Source: the human T2T-CHM13v2.0 reference genome, Homo sapiens | DNA: 64,000 bases | Reading direction: 5' to 3' (one strand) | Assembly: GCF_009914755.1 (NCBI RefSeq) | Contig: NC_060942.1 | Shown: positions 55,025 to 64,000 of the stretch, piece by piece | Position numbering within the stretch: position 1 is the first letter of the stretch | Layout of the letters: every line of letters starts with the position of its first letter | Translations under genes and position numbers: made by a program | The notes under the pieces: generated by a model | What the model was told of the DNA's origin: nothing | Seen by the model: the letters and a program-made list of their open reading frames with translations, nothing else | The model's database searches: none

Positions 55025-56709
55025 ACATATATGCCCTTTTGGTGAAGCTGGTTGAAAACATTCAAATGAAGTAAACAGGAGCAAAAAGAAAGAGAGCAGG
55101 GATATCTGTGCCAATGCAGCATGAGAAGGTGGCCAGAAAAGCTCAGAAATGTATCAGTTTCTGAACTGTAGGCCATCCATAAAGTGTAAAGCTTATGAGA
55201 AGAGCAGTGCAGTAGGGTCCAGTGGGAAAGAAAAGGAAAAAGTGCCACAAAAAAACAATTGTTGTCACAACTATTTCCACAGATCACCAATACAGTTTTT
55301 CATCAGTCACATTCCTGTTGATGATAACACAGATAGCCAACAGACATTTAAGAAAGCATGTATTTTTATTGAAGATGAATTCATTTTATTTAAAACTAAA
55401 TAAGTGCTCAGCTTTTTGGTTTTTGAAAGTACACTGAGGTGGGGGATGGAGTATGCCTTACCCCTGGTTACTGCATTTAAGTACACTGCAGTTAAGGACG
55501 TTGATGTCCTTCATGGTTTTATATTTTTATTTTCAAAAGTGTTCCTAATGCCAAAGTAAAAAGTTTACAAGATACTTTAAAAATATTTCACGCCTGCTTT
55601 TAAAAATATGATGACAATAATGTGCCCTAAACGATAATCCATATAATGTACGTTATGGGCTATTCAGACTTTCCAGAAAAAAATCGTAAGCTGATGCAAT
55701 ATAAATTGTTAAAAGGTATTTGTAGATGAATAAAGGTAATTCATTACTTTACATATTTTTAAATTCCAAAATTCAACAATACTCTTTTTATTTCATTGTA
55801 GTTTAGTTGAAGTTGCAATGAAATCAAATGTATTCCCAATTCAAGGAGCATGCAGTCACTCAGAGGCCAGAGCACTTTCCTTATTTGTGTATACTAGTGA
55901 AAAATGCACAGAATACATTGTTTAAGTCCCCCAAATAACCAGTGTAGTTGTTCTTATTTGCTTTACAGTGCAACCTCCTGCTTTAAGATGTGATTTTTAG
56001 TTTTGATATAGGAAGATAAATTCCTAACATTAAAGGGGTGATTCATTTCTTAAATTTATCTTTGACAGTTGCTGAAAATCTCACAGCTTGTATTCTGTCT
56101 GTAGGTATAATGGATAAAGACCAAGTTCAGTATTTTATACATGAAAGTGGGACTCAATTTATTATAGAGAAGCTTTTAATCTTTGTAAATGGCCTGACAT
56201 GCTGGATTTTATTTAACAGTTGACTTTCATAGAGAAGGAGTAGGCATTTCTTCAAAGAACCTGACCGAGTGCTATAAACCATTTCTTTGTGAAATTGCAG
56301 TTGTTAAATTAGACACAAAACATTTATGAATTTCAATTTGCCTTTCCAGCAATTAAGGAGTTCAAAAAAATCCCTTTGTGTTTCCTGGCTTTGAAATGAT
56401 TATATTTATCATGAACTGGCCCTTCAATTTCTTCTATCAAATACATTGGAGGTTACGTTAAAGAGGAAGACATCAGTTCTGAACAGGTGTGGAAAAGGGT
56501 TCCTTGATGTATAAAAGTGTTCTAATTTAAAGCCACTTTAGCAATTTTAGCACATCTACCGCTGTGAATCCTTGTGGAAGTAGGTGGCCAATTCATTTCT
56601 CTTTAAAGGGAAGAAAACCTGTAACTCAGCGTCCTAGGCCTAATTTTACCATGACGTGGGGCAATGGGTGAGTTTACTGAAACTTTCTCTTCCTGTCTTA
56701 TTGTTTCAG

Positions 56710-57203
56710 TGTTGATCCTCCTTATCGTCACTATGAGAAGACGGAAAAAAGAGCCCCTTATTTTTGACGAAGAAAGAGACATCAGAGAAAATATTGTGAG
56801 ATACGATGACGAGGGCGGGGGAGAGGAGGACACGGAAGCGTTTGACATGGCTGCACTGAGAAACCTCAACGTCATCCGAGACACCAAGACCCGGAGGGAT
56901 GTGACTCCAGAAATTCAATTCCTGAGTCGACCAGCTTTTAAAAGCATCCCAGATAATGTCATCTTTAGGGAATTTATTTGGGAAAGATTAAAAGAAGCCG
57001 ATGTTGATCCTGGTGCTCCTCCTTATGACTCCCTGCAGACATATGCTTTTGAAGGAAATGGCTCAGTTGCTGAATCACTCAGCTCTTTAGATTCCATCAG
57101 CTCAAACTCTGATCAGAACTATGACTACCTAAGTGACTGGGGACCTCGCTTTAAACGACTCGCGGACATGTATGGGACTGGCCAAGAGAGTTTGTACTCA
57201 TAG
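56710..57203 (+). CDS. CDH7: Cadherin-7 terminal coding exon (probably exon 12): end of TM and cytoplasmic domain
   Basis: ttgtttcag|TG acceptor; TAG stop at 57201-57203. Contains the p120-binding [10 protein letters not shown], the beta-catenin-binding PPYDSL..EGNGS..SLSSL and DWGPRF; the C-terminus GTGQESLYS matches cadherin-7 as I recall it. Confidence 0.97.
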
Positions 57204-60200
57204 CCTTGGAACCTTAATTCGAAATGTACTGAAGAAAAAGTAACAGCAAAAAATAAAATAAAATGAAATAAAATAATAAACCACTACATACAGAAAACAA
57301 GAACTCCCCTTGCTGGAGACAGATGGTTGTAAATATTTCTCCATTTTTAATTGTTTAGATTTCTGCCTTGGTGAGGCATATCTTCATTAGACTTATCTAA
57401 AGGACTGCACTGACCACAGACTCTGAGCATTTGAAGGTTTTTTGATAAAAATAAATGCTCAGTGGTTTGTGAATAGATAGCAACTCTCATATACCTGCAA
57501 AGGCACCAAACCTCTATGAGAAAGTAGTGCCCTGTGTTGTCAGTGAGTCAAAGATGCCCTGTACATACCTTCATGGTACTGTCATTGAGAGGAATAGAAC
57601 ATGATGAGCTATTGAAAAACCCTGGAACTTGTTGCATATCAAAACTTGGGACAAATTTAATTTACAGAGATGCTTATAGCTTACTATATTATAGAATCCA
57701 ACAGAATTATGTTGCTCTTGATTAACAGAAATATTTTATTTAGGAATATATAAATTCCCAGAAATTCCTTCCTAACTGAAAACCCTACCACAAAAGCCAG
57801 TAAAATTTAGTTTAAGGCAATATAAACCATTGTTTATCCAATAAATTATGAAGTGTTCCAAATAAGAAAAAGGTAAATAATTTGATAGTTTTGAGATGCT
57901 TGTGTAGGTATGATAAAAAAAAAAGTTGCTGTCTGTTCATTGATTTTTATTATCTCTTCTGATTTGTACAGGAGAATATCTTTTCTTTTTTATTTGACAC
58001 ATGGTGTTGTATTTATTTTGGAGCTCCAATCTCCACTAAATTCAGGTCCATCATACTGCCTCATAGTATTAAACTCATCAGAACATGCTGATTTTTCTCC
58101 AGCCCGAGCTACATGAAGGAAATGAAGCATGGAAATGGAGAACTAATAGTAAAGCAATTGAGCCCTGTTGCAGGTCACATCTCAAAGAGGAGCACAGCTA
58201 CAAGGACATATAAATTGTTCTTCTGAGCCATTAGAATGTCAAAACATTGGAATAAAATATTTGTATTTTAGAAAGACTTCAGAGAGAATTGAGATTTTCT
58301 TTGATGCAAGAATTATTTTTCAAGATCATGAGTTCTACATGCTCCAAAGACTTTCAAGAACACAACCTTTCTTGCTGCAAACCTATTGAGTAAAATATTG
58401 AGTTTTTAAAAGTCTTAATATAATGTTATAAAAATTAAAATCCATCTTTAAATTCTGATGCAAATATGTCCCTCAAGAATTAACCAAGCAATGTATGATT
58501 TCTGTGTGGTTTAGATGTGCCAAAGGAAGGAAGGCAATTGCAAGTCATCATGTGTTTAAGTTTGAGTTGAGCTTGTTAGAGTATGACTTTCATGACCAAA
58601 ATGATGTTTCTACCTATTATTTTTCCTAGATTAATACTAGTTTAATGTGCATATACATTCAAGTAAGAATGGATTTATTTTTTCCTTCCTTTCTCCTTTT
58701 AAAAATAATTCATTGTTGGGTTCCTAATACATTTACAGATAGTAAACACTGTGTAGAGAATCATGTTCTAAAAGTGCTTTTTGAAAGGTAGACAGTGGAA
58801 TTAGAATATTAATATGTTGATTACACAAAGAAGAACTATGTAGGATTCTGTAAACTTGCAGCCCAACTTTAGAAATGAAGTATGTAAAAGTGGCCTTCAA
58901 CTTCATAAGTATAAATAATCCAATAAATTTGATTACCTGCAAACAGTTCTTTAATTTGAATAGAGTTTTGTAGACATTGTTTTATGACTATATAGATATG
59001 CTTCTTGCTGTATTAATATGCATATATATTTTAAAAAATTATAACAGTGAAAGATACTGTTCATAACTTTTAATCACACATGCAAGTTTTTCAAACTAAA
59101 AAATAACAAACAAACAAAAAAACACGCGTATTTACCCAGTTCAATAAAATCAGAGTGTGGTGCAGGAATTACAGAGTTGTTAAGTCAGCAAGGTGCTGAG
59201 AAAACAGTTTGTAATAATCCCCTTGTTGTCTGCAAGAAGATGAAATAGTTTAGTACATTTGGATGATGTCAAAACTGCTGATTGTTGCACATACCACTAA
59301 ACGGAGGTGTGGATGTATTTTAGAAAAGGAACACACATCATTCACCCTGCTTTTTCTGCTTTTAAAATGTGTGTTTTTTCTCATTAATTTTTTCAAATGG
59401 TTACCAATGATAGATTGGAAAAAGAAAGGTTCATGTTTAAATAATAATTTAAAATTATTGCATATACCCAATTGCTATTTATGTGTGGATGATTATATGA
59501 ATACAGTATTACATTTCATTCAGTGGTATTTTTTAATTAAAAAAATTAATTTAAAAAATTAATTTTTGAGATGGCTGGAAGAATGTTCCTAATATAGGTA
59601 GTATTTATATGAAGTATTCTAAGCTTAATTGTAATAGTAGTAAATTTTTTGCCGTTGCTTATTTTAGTTTTCTTTTTTCTTCTGAAATCTAATGCTATAT
59701 ATGATGACTGTCAATACTTGAGATATAGGCTTTGTTTTAAAAACAGTGATTGAAGAGCTGATTGATAAAATTAATATTAAGTCTAGTTGGAAAATTCTCC
59801 AAATATGGTTTAAATAAATATATATTATCAAGTTGCTTAAATTCAGTATTATACTGAAACCAACTAGAATGAGCTCACAGGAACTAATTCTTCATATCTC
59901 TTCCCAACTCCAGGTACAGTGATATCATTTTGGTAGGTTGATGTCAGCCTTGGTGGGATTATTTAGACCACAACAGTAATCAGCAAACACTACCCTTTTC
60001 TCTGGAGAACAAGTTGTTAAACATTTACCAGCACTCTACTGCTTAAATTATTTTATAAAATGAAATGTCATAATTGTAAATATAGTATGAATTTATATGA
60101 TTTAAAATAATGACATGAAAGGAATTTATGCTATATTTTACTACTAAATATCAATGTATGTGGTAGTGATTTCCTGAAGTGAAATCCTTGGAGCTACCTG

Positions 60201-61647
60201 TAGACAGGGAGAGGAGTCACTTCTTTATGGAAAACAATGGCTAAATTTCAAGTAGAGATAATAGTTCAGGAAGTCAATATATTTAATTATTTTCCACTTG
60301 TCCATACAGGAGCATCAATAGAAACTCAGGGTTTGCCAAATTATGCCCATTTTGAACAGTTTAATTTATTGAAAAATCAGATGCATTTTACTTCTTACTG
60401 TCTATGTCAAGGAAATACACCCAAGCCCTTAATCTGAATTGTCACCATTGCATTATTAAAAATCAACATAAAAATATAAAAATCAAATCTTAAGGAAATG
60501 GATTTCTGGAGATCAAGCCTAAATTATCAATCTCAATTCACAAATTAGTCTCTGAAAGAAATATTCCAAGATCAGCCAGCTAAGGAACAAAATCAGGAAA
60601 GAGACATCAATAAAAAATTAGGTAGTAATTTGCAGGCAATAAGTAGATTTTTGATTTTTCTACAAGCAATCACCAGATCTGGGATCTGGTAAATGTCTTT
60701 ATTTGCCAGGAAGCTCTGCTGATGACTACAATTGAGGTTAGTTGTCTACAAGATACATGCAGGAGGTAGTAGTGGTTAAGTAATGGTAGCTGCCTTTTCA
60801 CTCTGCCCTCTGAGGAAGTTTTAAATTATTTTATCTTCATGCACAATTACATTTACTACATTGGATGGTAGACATAGGCAATTATTTTCATGTCAACGGC
60901 ATAGTTACACAATGTAGGAATGATATTTGTGAAGTGATCCACATGCCCAAGAAATGCAAATGCAAATAGTGTTAGCATTTATATTGAAATATAAAATCTA
61001 AAGCAGCTTAAAATAAGCTAAGCTAAACAAACTGCAAGAAGCTAAATGATTTAAACATGTTAAAGTTTTAAAGCACTAGCTGTAAATATTAATCTTCAGA
61101 TTTTCAATTTAACATGTATTCACTTACAAACTGTTCTAATAATAACACTAATTATTTTCCAAGTCACCATTTAAAGTTTTATTTACAGTTGACCTAATCC
61201 AATTGAAGTTGATGAAAGCTTCAACTTATTTTTTAACTCTTTCTGGTCCACGATGCCTGGAGGCAAGTGAAATATATATGACAAATAATAGATAAACCAA
61301 TTTATTTTCTGTTAGTGTATGTTTATTTTTTAATTATTAATAATGTATATTGTGTGTATATATGACGGTGTATGAAAGTTGGCAATGAAAGCTAATACAA
61401 TCATGTTAGTTGGCTGGATATAATAAAGAACAAGAAAGGAATAATAGCATTTGCATTTTAAATGTAATTGAAATTATTTCAGAAGAGTGGGATAAGCCCT
61501 TAAGAAAAATGGGAGATGTTTAAGGCTGTGATTTGGCCGACATTGTAACGTATAATTCTGTGGGAAATTTTTCAAGCAAATCAAGACAGGCAGTGTGCGT
61601 TGCATTCTGACACTTTTTCATTGTTATGCTAACTTCTACTGGCTTAG

Positions 61648-61985
<338 letters not shown>

Positions 61986-63578
61986 CTGTGTGTGCGTTTT
62001 CATGTGTGTGATTGGGAACCTTGAGAGATGTATCTGAAGTAATGTAAAAATAAGAGTCTCATAATTCCTGGTTAATGCTGGCGTATTGTTGTCACCTGCC
62101 AAGTGACTGTTAGGCAATAAGACTAGAAAATATGGTACCGAATGAAAGGAGAAATATCTTATTTGCTGTAACAATCTAATTTATATTAAGGTAAGGATTT
62201 TGGTGGCTAAGGAAAGAACATTTAGCTGTTATTTGTGTAATTGTCACATATTATTGTGCAGATTTAATCTCATTGTTAACAGAATATAGAGTGTGAATTA
62301 TTTGTTATTAAATGTTACTGGGCTTTGGTGTCAGTGTGGTATACCAGAAATTACCTCTGGTCTGTGGTTATAAAATCTAGGTCAGAAGCTCAGTTTCGCC
62401 ACATTTTTGCTGTGCCCTAGATGCCATTTTCATTCTCTGAACTTTTATAGCTTCGTGATTAAAATTGAGTTAATTACTATTGTGTTTCAGAGGCTTGTGA
62501 ATGATTAAGTGAAAGACTGTGTAAACAGTAAAACACTATAAAAAGGTAAAGCTTTATTATGGGAAATAATGGGAATTATATAAAAAGGTTGATAATTGTT
62601 ATATGGTAAACAGAGAATTTCTGTTTGGAGATACATACATTAAGGAAAAATATATGCAACTTGGTATCCTAAATTGGAAAATAATATTCAAATAGATAAT
62701 TGTCATAATTAATTGAAGCCACTCAAATACAGTTATAAGATCTCAGAAGATTGCAGTTTAACTCAACATAATTCAACCATTCATATGAATTAATGATATC
62801 CATATGTGAATGGGATTATAAATAAAGAACAAATCTTTCTTACTTATAATGATAACTGAGTGGAAGATAAAGGACTGCCTTTAGATGATCCCAGCCTCAT
62901 TGATGAACACAAAACACCAGAATAGAGAAAAAGACAATAATGAGTATAAGTTAAGTGGTCTTCCAGGCATCCAGAGTAGATAAAGAAAATGAAGTTCTAG
63001 AGAATACAATACTTTTTAAAGTCACAGTGACATATGTGTAATTAATAATTTATACACTGGAAAAAATTAGATGCAATGATATTGACTTAACATGAAAACC
63101 ATCCTGAATGCAATGCACTCTTGATGACTCAAACTCACTTATATCTTACAACAGCTCATCTTAATCTCTTACGAATGAAGAAACTCTAGGAAACTAAAAA
63201 ATAATATATAATGGATATTACTTTTTGTCAGTGATGCCAAGATGAATGTTAATAAGCTCTCTTCTCAACTTTAGCTCTTAGTTATCTGGTTATTTTATGC
63301 TCATGTGAACAGACACTAGAAACAAATATATTAATAACTATGTAACTAATGAGAATGTTGAAAGTACAGCATACTTTCATTCAAAAACAAACTTGCATTT
63401 TCATTTTATTAATGAATATAATGATGTTAATGGTTTATATAAGCAGGAAAAACTTATATGATTCACTACCCTACAGCTTCATGTTCTAATTTTGTGAGTA
63501 TAAACCCTATGTTTTTGTATATCAAGATCTGGAATATGTTGTATACTGTATATGACCAATACTTTAAGAACAATCAAG

Positions 63579-63782
63579 TTTTTTTATTATTATTATTATA
63601 CTTTAAGTTTTAGGGTACATGTGCACAATGTGCAGGTTAGTTACATATGTATATATGTGCCATGCTGGTGTGCGGCACCCATTAACTCGTCATTTAGCAT
63701 TAGGTATATCTCCTAATTCTATCCCTCCCCCCTCCCCCTACCCCACAACAGTCCCTAGAGTGTGGTGTTCCCCTTCCTGTGT
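63579..63782 (-). mobile_element. Young primate L1 (L1PA2-4-like), ~200-bp 3' end
   Basis: ttatactttaagttttagggtacatgtgcacaatgtgcaggttagttaca...ccccacaacagtccc..gtgtggtgttccccttcctgtgt. Confidence 0.92.
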
Positions 63783-64000
63783 AACTATATAGCAATTTCA
63801 TTTTACATGCAGTAATTTTAAATGCCCAAAAATAAAAGGAAAAGGAAAAATAAGTCACTACACAACTTATATATATTATGTATTTGTCTTTGAATTTTGT
63901 GTGCGTATGTGTGTGTGTATATATAGACAGCATGCGCACACATACATACACATGTGCAGGAACACACACAATTTGAGGCGAAATGTTGAAGTAAAGTAAA

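Noticed and set aside
56664-56709. In-frame ATG upstream of the last exon (179-aa cytoplasmic-only protein)
   Set aside because: It lies in the intron's branch/pyrimidine region and no promoter evidence is visible; CAGE or Ribo-seq data would be needed.

Overview
AT-rich human (primate) genomic DNA containing the 3' part of CDH7 (cadherin-7, a type II classical cadherin) on the + strand. Seven coding exons (1225-1412, 20431-20684, 34457-34593, 35566-35687, 36349-36466, 39304-39555, 56710-57203; probably exons 6-12) splice in frame through GT-AG junctions. They encode EC3-EC5, the transmembrane helix and the p120/beta-catenin-binding tail, and are followed by 3' UTR/downstream sequence. The introns hold Alu, L1, L2/MIR, MaLR/ERV LTRs, DNA-transposon fossils (Tigger2, MER30, MER33, MER58, MER5, MADE1) and microsatellites. 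Almost all other ORF-track entries are repeat-derived or random. I found no evidence of a new multi-gene system. The most interesting observations are: routes to tail-less cadherin-7 isoforms at the donor of the TM-encoding exon, an inverted-Alu arrangement that predicts a 4-exon circRNA, a ~270-bp spaced local duplication with an Alu in one copy only, a closely spaced inverted Alu pair, and Ser at codon 576. Repeat subfamily names come from remembered consensus sequences and need RepeatMasker confirmation.
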